Assembly: GCA_951406725.2 (NCBI GenBank) | Contig: OX597831.1 | Span: forward strand, 67,704,001-67,768,000 | Direction: 5' to 3' | From: Octopus vulgaris | Taxonomy: Eukaryota | Length of the DNA stretch: 64,000 nucleotides | Part shown: positions 39,008 through 50,487 of the stretch, piece by piece | How the letters are laid out: every line of letters begins with the position of its first letter | Position numbering within the stretch: position 1 is the first letter of the stretch | The notes under the pieces: generated by a model | Told to the model about the DNA's origin: nothing | The model's database searches: none | What the model saw: the letters and a program-made list of their open reading frames with translations, nothing else | Program-made: the position numbers and the translations under genes

Positions 39008-39057
39008 TAATAATAATAATAACAATAACAATAATAATAATAATAACAGCAACAACA
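36495..39057 (+). mobile_element. R4/Dong-type non-LTR retrotransposon (RLE endonuclease), RT internally deleted, (TAA)n tail
   Basis: NWKAPGHDKI, YRPITCLPT, EEQKGC, AWIDYKKAFDSIPH, then a jump at ~37890. C-terminus has CRICG..ETINHIISSC, RHD, RPDI..LIDV..K..KY. Tail 38958-39057. Confidence 0.92.
38039..38854 (+). CDS. Open C-terminal part of the R4/Dong ORF (CCHC knuckle plus restriction-like endonuclease)
   Basis: 271-aa ORF with a CCHC motif and a PD..D/E..K-like motif. It is a fragment, not an independent gene. Confidence 0.8.
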   Translation: MKSKLKIEQQRTMIKRWQEKPLHGKYWTKLNAKEIDKEKSQQWLRSSGLKAETEGFLIAAQDQSLPTRNYQKHVMKRNITSNCRICGDGQETINHIISSCPVLAKKEYIHRHDRVGTYIHWKLCQHYGITTEKRWYRHTPEKVTENEKATILWDMPIHTDREIKANRPDIDVRDHEEKKCFLIDVSVPADDNVSLKEMEKLSKYKDLEIEVTRMWNLKTETIPIIVGALGMIKKYSDKYITKTPGLTNTYNIQKIALLGTAHILRRTLSKQ

Positions 39058-39575
39058 AAAATACGTAAGCTCCTCACAGTGCACCGCATACCGCACTTAA
39101 AGGCAGATATACATACATTAAAAAAAAACAACAAATATCTTATAAACTACAGAATTTTCTCAATAAAGCCAAGAGTAAAAGGTGTTTTATGTTTATAAAT
39201 TCTACCACTTTACGAAGTTTAAAATGTTTTAGTTACCTAGAAAGTATGCTAAAAACTGCCGTTCAAACCGAAGAGATCCCAGTATTGCGATATTTCTGCG
39301 TATTAAGACATTTTCCAAATTCGGCGTTGTTAGAACGCCAAACACGTTAAGTTAGATATAAAGACTGTCTTTTGGTATTAAATACTGCTTTTGTCGATGA
39401 TAATTATTTTAAATAAGCTTGCAGGTTGTTTGCGACATCGTGCTTGATGAGTCACTGTAATTCTATATATGGTTGGCAGTGAAATTTGGCTGGTATGTGG
39501 CGAGCAGGTACCTGTCGCTGAGAGACGTAGTATGTGATCTAAACTACGTGATCTGGCAGTTCCGGCGTTCATAGC

Positions 39576-40013
39576 AGATCTTTTCGGTTTGAACGGCAGT
39601 TTTTAACATAATTTCTAGGTACCTAAAAAATTTTAAACTTCGTATACTGGTAGAATGTGTTTATAAAACATCTTTTTCTCTTGGCTTTATTGAGAAAATT
39701 CTATAGTTTGTAAGATATTTGTTGTTTTTTTCATTCAATTTCTGCAATTTCAACCAATCAGTGACGTCTGTTGAGTTAAAAAGCATTCTGTGCCGTATGA
39801 ATATGTCCCTCGTTTAAGAAACAGATTGAGTTTATTTACATTTGTGAAGAAAAAAAGATACCCTTCCCCCACCCCTAACCCTAACCCTAACCCTAACTAA
39901 CCCTAACCCTAAAATAGATTGAAATGCAATAGATCGATTCTAGGGTCATAATTATGAGTGGCAATTTCATATGACACTGCTAGAAAAAACTGCCGGTCAA
40001 ACCGAAAAGATCC
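39576..40013 (+). mobile_element. Telomere-repeat MITE copy
   Basis: Same TIRs and body, TSD ttcatagc/ctcatagc. Confidence 0.92.
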
Positions 40014-40574
40014 CTCATAGCAGACGATTCCTGATTCTCATCTGCTAATAATATGTATCTGCATGAGAGGAACTCTCAAGACAAATACCGCAGTATTCGG
40101 TGTTGTAACAAAACATTCCAGTTAAATTGGATATAATGTTAACTATTTACGATTTGTGCGACTATGGAAATCGATTTACCATGTTCATTTGTACGTATTA
40201 CACACGGTGTTAAACTTATATAAGTTTTCAACGATTTTCATCATTAGAAAATGCTTTTATTATGCAGAAATCAAACACTTAATTCATGAAGATGTGACTG
40301 AATTTAGTCATTTTCCTTGGAGAATATACGTATAAGTTTTCGAAAAGGAAATAAAAAAAAAAGATTCACTAAAAAGTTGCACCTATCGATCTATTCGTGC
40401 AGAAGGTCGTCATAGATGTTTATATATCAATTTTTTTTTCATATTGAAGATCAGCCATCAAAGGTTCATATGTAGACAACCTCTTCATTTGTGACGAAAC
40501 TGAGTAATGTCTTACTTAGTGTTATCGATCTATTCAAGCGAGTGCTGGAATGGTTATGCGATTAAGAATTTCAT

Positions 40575-40988
40575 GGATCTTTTCGGTTTGAACGGCAGTT
40601 TTTTCTAGCGGTGTCATATGAAATTGTCACCCATAATTATGACCCTAGTATCGATCTATTGCATTTCAATCTGTTTTAGGGTTAGGGGTGGGGGAAGGGT
40701 ATCTTTTTTTCTTCACAAATGTAAATAAACCCAATCTGTTTCTTAAACGAGGGACATATTCATACGGCACAGAATGTTTTTTTTTACCTCAATAGACGAC
40801 ATTGATTGGTTGAAATTGCAGAAAATGAAGAAAAAACAACAACAAATATCTTACAGACTATAGAATTTTCTCAATAAAGCCAAGAGAAAAAGATGTTTTA
40901 TAAACACATTCTACCAGTATACGAAGTTTAACATTTTTTAGTTACCTAGAAATTATGTTAAAAACTGCCGTTCAAACCGAAAAGATCC
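40575..40988 (-). mobile_element. Telomere-repeat MITE copy
   Basis: Same TIRs, perfect 8-bp TSD aatttcat. Confidence 0.92.
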
Positions 40989-41771
40989 AATTTCATTTAA
41001 ATATAATCTTGTGTGTATCAACGAGCCATGTTTCATTACGACAAATGCACACTGCCTCTCTTACACATTAATATATTTATTTATTTTATGTCGCAGTTGG
41101 TTTCAATTTCCTATAATTTGTTTAATTCACTACTGACAGCGAAAGGGACAAGGAAGTGTCATTAACTCGATACAGAACCAATATTCTTAACGCACCGATT
41201 TTTTAACGCACCAATATTTTTAACGCACCGATTTTTCGATTTTTGCCGCCGCTATTGCTACAATGATAAAAGGTAAAAATTATGGGCTACACAAATCTCC
41301 AACACTTTTCTAAACATACATACGCGCGCAAACACAAACACGTAACCATACACTCAAATTCATGTATGCATATATAGAAGAGTGTTGGCGTTAGTGTACC
41401 ATTATATTTGTTTATTTTTCCTATTTTCATAGTAGTTCCTCCTCCCCCTTCGTCTTTCACCATCTTTCACCCTTTTAGTTTTATACCCTTGAACATCCGT
41501 GGACTACTCACTCGACAGCATTATTACTGAAATGAAGCCCCACTTGCTAGATCAGCAAGTTAGAGAAAATTTATTATTTTGGCTATTACTGCTCGTTATC
41601 TCATTTTAACCAAATCCAGTAACTTGCTTTCCCCACTGCAGCTTGGATATCACTCATGTTAGTATATTTTTTTTTACGTTGAGGTAGGCCTTGCAACAAT
41701 AACCATCGCTTCGTATTGCTTCCAAGGAATCCTCTACATTTAACTTCGATTGGATAATATTCTACTAAATC

Positions 41772-41985
41772 AGCGAGCTGCTAGAATCGTTAGCACACCG
41801 GGTGAAATGCTTAGCAGAATTTCATCTGTCTTCACGCTTTGAGTTCAAATTTCGCCGAGGTTGACTTTGCCTTTCATCCTTTTGGGGTTGATAAAATAAG
41901 TACCAGTTGAGTACTGGGGTCGATGTAATCGACTATCCCCCTCCGAAAATGCTGGCCTTGTGCCAAAATTTGAAATCAATATTCT
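41772..41985 (+). mobile_element. SINE family B, variant tail
   Basis: Shared head and core, different 3' end (ggccttgtgcc). Confidence 0.8.
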
Positions 41986-42465
41986 ACTTTCCTGCTTGCA
42001 TCTTCATATTTCTCGACATGTTCATAATGATTGATCTTTCCGACCGTTATCAACGGCGTCTATCCGAGTGGCATCTAGATGGGAACCGTCAGCTCAACCA
42101 AATTTACCATTTCTTTTCTGACTAGATGACAATATTTGACTTCTTCGTAACTGAAATAGGAAAGTTTCTTTGGCATCCTAGCAAATCTGCAACCATCACC
42201 TAACAGCCTTTCCAGTTTTCATCGTTCATAGGAACTTTCTTCTTCAAATGAATCTGCTGAGTCGGACGAACGAATGTGATGAAATCTCTGGCTGCTTTCC
42301 TGTCTAGTTTCTTGCCACTGTTGCTTAGAGTGATTTGGTTCTTTACTGTATTGAAGAGAACTTTAAGAATCAGATAGTGTCTACGTGTATCCAACGCAGC
42401 GAACAAGTTGGAAAAGATGTGCTTCAGTGTTCCTACTTACCCACACCTGCATTTATCACTCTTTG

Positions 42466-42703
42466 ATACCTATTTCTTTATTACCCACAAGGGGCTAAAC
42501 ATAGAGGGGACAAACAAGGACAGACATAGGTATTAAGTCGATTACATCGACCCCAGTGCGTAACTGCTACTTAATTTATCGACCCCGAAAGGATGAAAGG
42601 TAAAGTCGACCTCGGCGGAATTTGAACTCGCAACGTAACGGCAGACGAAATACTGCTAAGCATTTCGCCCGACGTGCTAACGTTTCTGCTAGCTCGCCGC
42701 CTT
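42466..42703 (-). mobile_element. SINE family B
   Basis: Reverse-complement match. tatcactctttgatacc is duplicated on the flanks (42455 and 42707). Confidence 0.88.
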
Positions 42704-43421
42704 AGGTATCACTCTTTGATACCTTCCAACTCACAGGGTTTGTAGGGACGGCGCGGCATCATAAGATGAATAAATAAAAAGAACTTAGTCGTGTTGTACT
42801 CTACTTCCATATTTCATCCCAAGTTATTTTTTCCTCATTTACGTGCTCCTCCTATCTTGTCATCTGTCCTTGTATCAAATGAAACTCTCTTCTTTGCTTC
42901 CCTCGCCTCGACTCTGTTACTAACAATAAGCTTGTGTTCGCTCTGCATCATACCTGAAAATGGCCTGAAGGGATCTGAGCCAAACTAAACCCAAGTCCCT
43001 TCTGATCAGTTTGTGTGACACCCACAGTATCTCGGTGTTCAATTAAAGAAAGAATATCATCGTCTGTTTTTGCTTCTGCTTCCCACTTCCTGGCTATTTT
43101 TTATATCTCGTGGATCACGGCTTATTTCTTTGTCCTCCCACTCCTTTAGTATCATCACTACTTATTTGTATCTTCCATGACAACTGGCGTCCGCTGTAAT
43201 TACCTTGAACCCCTTTTACAATAAAGACCCGAGCTATTCATTGTGGTCTTTCTGCTTAGTATATATAACGAACACGCAAAGTACAGAACACACATGGGTT
43301 CATATCCGTATGGTCCTTTTTAAATAGTCAAGGAAGAACTTCGGCATTGTGTTCACAGATGCGTTACTTTCAGCGTTCATCTTGCACCATGCAGTGTTCA
43401 TTGTAATATTCACTGTGATGA

Positions 43422-43635
43422 AGGTGGCAAACTGGCAGAAACGTTAGCACACCAGGCGAAATGCTTAGCAGTATTTCGACTGTCTTTACGTTCTGAGTTC
43501 AAATTTCGCCGATGTTGACTTTGCTTTTCATCCTTTCGGGTTGGATAAACTAAGTACCAGTTGCGTACTGGAGGCGATCTAATCGACTGGCCCCTCCCTC
43601 AAAATTTCGGGCCTTGTGCCTAGAGTAGAAAAGAA
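43422..43635 (+). mobile_element. SINE family B, variant tail
   Basis: Matches 41772-41985. Confidence 0.8.
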
Positions 43636-45499
43636 TTTTTACTATGATGTTTATTGTGATTTATATTACAATGTTCCTCGTTTCAAAATAATGAAACTGG
43701 GTTTTCCTATTAATACAAAACTGATGTTTGTTGCTACCGATTTCATAGTGATTAAGAGTCAGCGTGGAGAGCAGGGAAATTTAAATTCAGGAAGAAGTAA
43801 AATGTAACTAAATACTGTAAGGCATTTAGACCAGCGTTGTAATGTTTTTTGTTAATTCCTCACTCGGAGTGAGTAGTGTACAGAAATTTCGAATTTAGAA
43901 CATCTTAATTTTAGGAGGGAAAAATTTAATCAAATTGTTCTCAGTGAATTACTGCTATTTATTTATCGATTCCTATCGATAAAATACCTAAATAATTGGA
44001 ATAAAATGGTAGCTAGATAATTTAATACATTTAATTCAGCGCTCCATCTTTATTGCCTTCACTTCTTTTGTTAATAAGTAGTTCATGTGCCGGTTCTTAC
44101 TTTTTGTTCAGCAAGCGTTTGTTTGGATATCAAAGAAAATATCCAGTATTCAAAATAGCTGCTGAACACCAAGCTGTTACGCGTCTTCAACTTGTCTCTT
44201 GCCAATGAATAAACACAAGACAATCTACTGTTAACGTCTCACTATTCAATACTGTGGAAAATTTCCAGATTTTTATATCGATAATAATTTCGCTTTTTCT
44301 TTCTTTTGTTCTAATCTTTCTGTTTATTTTATTTTATTTCTTTATCTCATTTTACTCAGAAATTTAGAATAATATTTGCTGTTCCAGAAATGATCGCCGT
44401 CGTCAGGAATAACGTCACCATCACCATCGTCATCCTTATATTGCCATTGTTTTCTTTCAATGTATGTATTTCATATGTACCATAAGAAAGTTATGATCTT
44501 ATGTTTTAGTTACGTTATCAAAATATATAGAGATTTACATGTTTATGCAAAACTTGATACACACAAATGGACAAACACTTACACACGCACATTGTTGTTC
44601 ATTTTTACCTATCTTATATTACTTTTCATGAATAGTGATTGTTCGGCCTGCATCCATTATTCCGCAGCCAATAGCCTGGGGCCAGCCCCACTGACATACC
44701 GTTCTGAATGACGTAATTAGGAGCCTCGACACGGCTGGCTTCCCGTTGCAACTAGAGCTAGTAGGTATTGACTGCGGGGATAGTAAGCGCCCCGGTCGAA
44801 TAACCCTCTTTCAATACGAAGGGGGCAAATCCCTAATCTGGGACGCGGCGTACTGAGACACGTTCTTTGACCCCAAACTTGCAGCATCGGCTGAAAACCC
44901 GAGTGTTATGCATTGTCTCGTTCTTGATGAGATGATAGACAACTCAATGAAGGCATTGTTATTGTTTTACGTGTTTATTTACTTTACCTGTTACACGAAC
45001 TGTCAACATTCAGCGTAGTGATACACATTCTCTTTAGACACAGTTCGTACTGTTTACTAACAAAATAGTGTCAAAAGTGGGGATGTATTCTACACACGTA
45101 TACCTACGTATACACATAGATATGAATGTGTAACACCGAGTATCCCCGTCCGCAACGCAGAGGAGCAGAAGATAACCGGTCGCTATCAGTTTGTGTGCGC
45201 ACTTATAGATCACAGCAGATAATTCTCGCCTGCTACGATTTATGCGCCAAACATTTATATGAGAGGATCTTTTAATAACTCAGTATTCGGTGTTTTAACA
45301 AGAAATCCATGTTAAGTTAGATACAAAAATTACCTTTACATATATATATATATATGTGTGTGAGTGTGTGTGTGTGTGTGTGTGTATACTCTTTTACTCG
45401 TTTCAGCCATGCTGCTGCGGTCATGCTGGAGCACCACCGTGGTCTTTCTGATTTCCTTAGTCTGGGGTGTTTCCCATCACCACCTCTGTATGTGTCTTT

Positions 45500-46150
45500 A
45501 CCCCAGCTGTTGACCCATTTGGTGTATAAGGGAGTTTGATTCCGCTTCCCTCATCTGCACCTCATGTCGGGCTGTTGGTTCATCCTGTATTGTGGAGAGG
45601 AAGATGTCCAGTCCCTTTTTTGAAGACTTCTGCTGCCACTTTATGCAGATATCTTAATTTTGGGCATGGCATTGAAAAGCTGTAGACCTTTGAACCTTAG
45701 ACTATTGCAATATCTGGTCCTCAATTTAGACGGAGTGGATGGTATCTTTGGATGGCGGCCAGTTCTGGCATTTGTATAACACTCAAAACTGAAATTAGGT
45801 TCTAGCCCATCTAGAGTTTTCCATATGTAGATTATTGTATATCTCTCACGCTTTCGCTCCAGGCAGTAAGTTGCAGTTTTCTCAGCCTATCCCTGTAGCT
45901 CATCCTCTGCACTGCTTCAGTCTTTTTAGTGTAGTGGTGATGGACTGCTTCAAGCTCCGCTGCTAGTTTGGCAGTATGTGGTGACCATAATAAGGAGCAG
46001 TAGTCAAGGCGGCTGAGAACAAAGGTTCTCCTCAGGGTCAACAGAGTTTCTTGGTCTCTTGTCTTGAAGGACCTCAGTATCAATCCTTCCAGTTGTCTGC
46101 ACTGTGCTGCCATTTTGCTTATGTGCATATAAAATGATGCGTCATCGTAC
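45500..46150 (-). pseudogene. CR1/L2-type LINE 3' fragment
   Basis: LILRSFKTRD..FVLSRLDYCSLLWSPH..LEAV. Confidence 0.75.
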
Positions 46151-46154
46151 ATAG

Positions 46155-46340
46155 TGATCCCCGAGTCTTTCGCTGCCTGCGACTGCGGAGATTGTAAGCG
46201 CCCCGACGGAATAACCGTCCTTCAATACGAGGGAGGCATATCCTTAATCTGGGACGTGACGTACTGCGACACGTTCTTCGCCTTCAACCTTGCTGGATCG
46301 GCTGAAAATCCGAGTATCCCCGCCCGTAACGCAGAAGAGC
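46155..46340 (+). pseudogene. CRE-like RLE endonuclease fragment; related pieces at 44640-44910 and 45133-45190
   Basis: KRPDGIT..EGG.SLIWDVT..DTF motif. Similar DNA at 44785-44905. Confidence 0.65.
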
Positions 46341-46427
46341 AGAAGATAACCGGTCGCTATATATACATATACATATACATACATACATACATACATACAT
46401 ACATACAAACATACATACATACATACA

Positions 46428-46499
<72 letters not shown>

Positions 46500-46501
<2 letters not shown>

Positions 46502-46960
46502 TATAAAAATTATATATAAAAAGGGACAAGAACGTGAAATACACAAAGAGACGACACAAAAAACGGACGGGTCATTCGAAGCCTTTAATCTTCAGTCAGG
46601 AACCGGATCATCATAGCAAATTTCGGCTGATTAATCCTGATATTGCTCCGAAACGGCCAGCCTCAATGAAAAACTAAGTTGCGAGCATTAGATTTCTTGG
46701 AAAAAGGATCGAATGTAAACGAAACAAGGACAGAAAAACGGACGAAGCCACACGAATATAAATAAAAAAAACAAAAATAAAATTAAAAACAAGAATGGTA
46801 ATAACAGGACAACAGCAGGTGTCTTACGACTTTAGACAAATTTAACTTATCTAGCAGGCGTGTTTTGAAAAAATGCCTTTTCGGCGGACGAAGACAATGT
46901 TGAACCGGCAGGTCACGTGAGGGTAGAGAGAGAGAGAGAGAGAAAGAGAGAGAAGGAATT
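46500..46960 (-). mobile_element. TA-adjacent non-coding element (family P2) with permuted hammerhead at 46580-46658
   Basis: Same layout as P1 (CT-rich, then T-rich, ribozyme motif, T-rich tail into TA) but different sequence. Confidence 0.6.
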
Positions 46961-48094
46961 AAAGAGGATGTACGTATGTATGTGCATGAGCGCATAGACG
47001 TACATATGCACACTTGTTTACGCGTCTGCGCGTATATATATACATACATCTATATGCGCGTGTGTGCGTGTATATGAGTTTGTGAAAAAAACTAAGCATT
47101 TTTCAGAGTTTGTCGCTAATTCTGTTCTTAACCAAATTGAAAACTGTAAAACTTTTGGAAAAGGTACATTTTGGCATAAAAATGATTGAAATTTGGTCCA
47201 GTAGAAAAAAGTTTACATCAAAATTTTTAGTAACGCTATAGGAGAGTAAGTAACGCCATCAATCAAATTTAGATCTAAATTATTTTTTCATTTTAAATGC
47301 AAAATATACTTATCTTAGCTTCAGTGACAGAAGAAAACATGAGAACTTTCATAGTTTTGGTCCCATGCAACAAACATTTGTTTCAAAAAAGTTCAGAGGT
47401 AAAATATCATGAAAAAAATGTTAGGCAAAAAATTGGATTGAAGTATAAGGAACTTTTTTTAGATTTTAACAACAAACCATATTTTAATCAAGCTTAAATG
47501 ATAGGGCTCAATTCAAGGAATTTCATGGTATCAATCTCATGCAATGAAGTTTTAAAATAAAAAAGTTACCATAAAGGGTTTTGTTCCAGGAACTCATTCA
47601 ACCCGCACCTCTCCAACTACAGGTCCTCCTTCAGAGTTGTGAAAAGGAGATATGTAACCTCACTGGCCAGCCACGTCTGGCAACTAAGAGACGATGGGAT
47701 TCCATACTTGATCTCATAGAAAATCCTTGAGAATCCAGTCCCCTACATCAACGGGATGAAATGTGAGAATTCTAAAGGACTCGCTTGAACCAGGGAACAT
47801 TAACTCCAGAATGGATATTTTCGGGTCATGTTTACATTTTAGGTGGTCCCTGCTAGCGTTTTGGAGCCCACAAGATGGCGACACAACCAAAAATCAATAG
47901 CCAATAGCAAAAGGAGATAATCTCCAACTGTTACCTTTGAGTAGCGAGACATTTCCCCTCCTTATTTTGAAGAGGTCATGGGTCAACAGGTTTGTGGGAT
48001 ATGGTGATACACCATGAAACAAAACCCTTTATGAACGGAAAACCTAAGGTAATCCCATAAACCGGTCTTCCCCATTTTAATTATTTATTTATTT

Positions 48095-48386
48095 ATGCGT
48101 CCTTTTCAAGCCTAACCAGGCTCATGGGCCCGATTTCCCGGTTTCTGTGGCGTATGTGTTCCCCCTAGCTGGATGGGATGCCAGTCCATCGCAACGTTAC
48201 TCAAGAAACAGGAAGAAAGAGTGAGAGAAAGTTGGGGCGAAGGAGTACAACAAGGGTCGCCACCACCCCCTGCCAGAGCCTCGTGGAGCTTTTGGGTGTT
48301 TTCGCTCAATAAACACACACAACGCCCAGTCTGGGAATCAAAACTGCGATTCTCCGACCGCGAGTCCGCTGCCCTAACCACTGGGT
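48095..48386 (-). mobile_element. SINE family C (different tail)
   Basis: Reverse complement matches 3203-3370. Confidence 0.8.
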
Positions 48387-48624
48387 CGTATATGTGTGTG
48401 TGTGTGTGTGTGTTTTTGTGTCTGTGTTTGTCCCCCCCCCCCAACATCACTTGACAACCGATGCTGGTGTGTTTATGTCCCCGTAAACTCGCAGTTTGGC
48501 AAAAGAGACCGATAGAATAAGTACTAGGCTTACAAAGAATAAGCCCTGGGGGTCGATTTGCTTGACTAAAGGCGGTGCTCCAGTATGGCCACAGTCAAAT
48601 GACTGAAACAAGTAGAAGAGTAAG
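48387..48624 (+). mobile_element. SINE family A, 3' half
   Basis: Matches 2182-2425. Confidence 0.85.
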
Positions 48625-49180
48625 TGTGTGTGTGTGGGGGGGGTGTATACGTGTAAACAGAAAGAAGAGAAACGCTGAAGATTTTCAGGTGATGAATACT
48701 TAAGTATAAATGTATAGATATTTATATATTAATTGATCAAACTTACACAGTGTACAAATGACAGTGAAAATTAAAGGGGAGGATGTAGGTCCAACAATTG
48801 CTTCTGGGAGCTTGGAGATCCGTCATAATGTTGATAGATGTAGTTCACCCAAATATGCAGCCAATATTGGAAGCAAATAAACATTGGAGGAATTTGAGCC
48901 TCTGTCATTTCAGATCATGATGCAGAGAAGTTTATGTAAAATATGTAATATTTCAAGGAGACAGAGTTGGCAATTCCAAGTTCTAGTTGAGTAAGGTGTA
49001 ACCTTGTCAATGATACTCCATTTGATGTTGGAAGAATCGTGATATATAAATACACATGCACATACACATATACGACCGGACATAAACTTAACTGCATATA
49101 AATATATTACTGATTTATGCTTTACAGAGCATTTCTTTTTTTGATATATGAAACTTTGACGATATACATATATATATATA

Positions 49181-49667
49181 TATTAGAGGGAAACCACTAT
49201 GTGGACACCCTTATGCTAGAAATAGATCCGCTATGGTCTTACCACTAAGAAATGTTCTCAAGAAAAATTTAGTAAAACAACCAAAACGTAATCGAGCAAG
49301 ACAAAAGAAAAAGCAATAAAAATATGGATTCTTCGCATACATGTTTCACTATTACCATATTACGTAAGTTTACTGACATAAATGTCCGTAGATCATCGGT
49401 GCGACCGAGTATGCAGTCCTGCAAATTATATTCATCTGGACGGTCGCACCGATGATCTACGGACATTTATGTCAGTAAACTTACGTAATATGGTAATAGT
49501 GAAACATGTATGCGAAGAATCCATATTTTTATTGCTTTTTCTTTTGTCTTGCTCGATTACGTTTTGGTTGTTTTACTAAATTTTTCTTGAGAACATTTCT
49601 TAGTGGTAAGACCATAGTGGATCTATTTCTAGCATAAGGGTGTCCACATAGTGGTTTCCCTCTAATA
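49181..49667. repeat. Fold-back element: two ~227-bp inverted arms, 33-bp spacer, one hammerhead per arm
   Basis: 49181-49407 is the reverse complement of 49441-49667 with about 1 mismatch. Flanked by TA. Confidence 0.92.
49444..49515 (+). ncRNA. Type I hammerhead (CCGAUGA core, long stem II); mirror copy at 49333-49404 on the minus strand
   Basis: TCGCA-CCGATGA-...-GAAA-CATG-TA-TGCGA. Perfect 5-bp stem I, palindromic ACATGT stem III. Confidence 0.7.
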
Positions 49668-49779
49668 TGTATATAATACAATTTTACTGAACCTTCAGTT
49701 TTTTTTTATGCTAGACCATCGATGAAATCGATGTTAATTAAATTAATATCTAATTTTTCACCCTCATTCTAAATTTCTA

Positions 49780-50455
49780 TATAATTATGACGCGAAACTC
49801 TATAACTCTTTCTTCTCTCTTTCGTTCACCCTCTTTGGCTTCCTTCCTCTCTATCTCTCTCTCACTCCTCCTCATCTCTCTCACAGCCGGATCGACGAAC
49901 TTCCTTTTGCTGACGGCCTCCTTCAAGTAAACATGTTTCTTCTTGCGCTCTTGAATTTTTCCTCGTCTAGGCTTATAGGCCCTCATTGTTTGTTTTCCTG
50001 TCCTGTTTCTATTCCTTCTTGTACTGTATTTTTTTGTAATTGTATTTTTATTTTGTAATTGTTTTTAATTGTATTGTTTTTACGTCCTGTTTTTGTCACT
50101 ATTTTTTTCCTTGTTTTTACCCCTCTGCAAAGGAATTTTATTTAATTCTTTCGCAGGAAGGATTAGTTCGACGAGTCGTGTTCTGTCCTCACCTTCGAAA
50201 CACGCTGGAGTTGAACTAGGGACAGCTGATGAAGGGGATTTTTCCTTGTGTAATTTGTCTTGTACTCTGTTTTTTTTTCGTTGTTAAAAAAAGGTCCGTG
50301 CCATGCTTGTTTTTACGTTTTCGTTTCTCGTTAAGTTCTACGTCTATTTGTGGTGTCCTGTACTCACGTATATATATTTATATATGCATGTATATATACT
50401 TGTAGATGTAGGTACGTACATATATGTATGTATGTATATATTTTATTTATTACAC
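49780..50455 (+). mobile_element. TA-flanked non-coding element (family P1) with permuted hammerhead at 50164-50245
   Basis: Diverged homolog of 11372-12052, directly upstream of the truncated PLE. Confidence 0.75.
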
Positions 50456-50487
50456 TATATATATATAGTGTCGTTACATATATATAT

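Larger units (their letters stand above)
35949..39279 (-). mobile_element. Telomere-repeat MITE, partially duplicated and interrupted by an R4/Dong LINE
   Basis: TIR at 35949, near-complete unit to 36360, restart at 36366-36494, resumes 39120-39279. Flanks aagtattg/cagtattg. Confidence 0.85.

Noticed and set aside
41187-41237. Three copies of ttaacgcacc
   Set aside because: A short local repeat, probably a transposon subterminal relic. No partner end was found.
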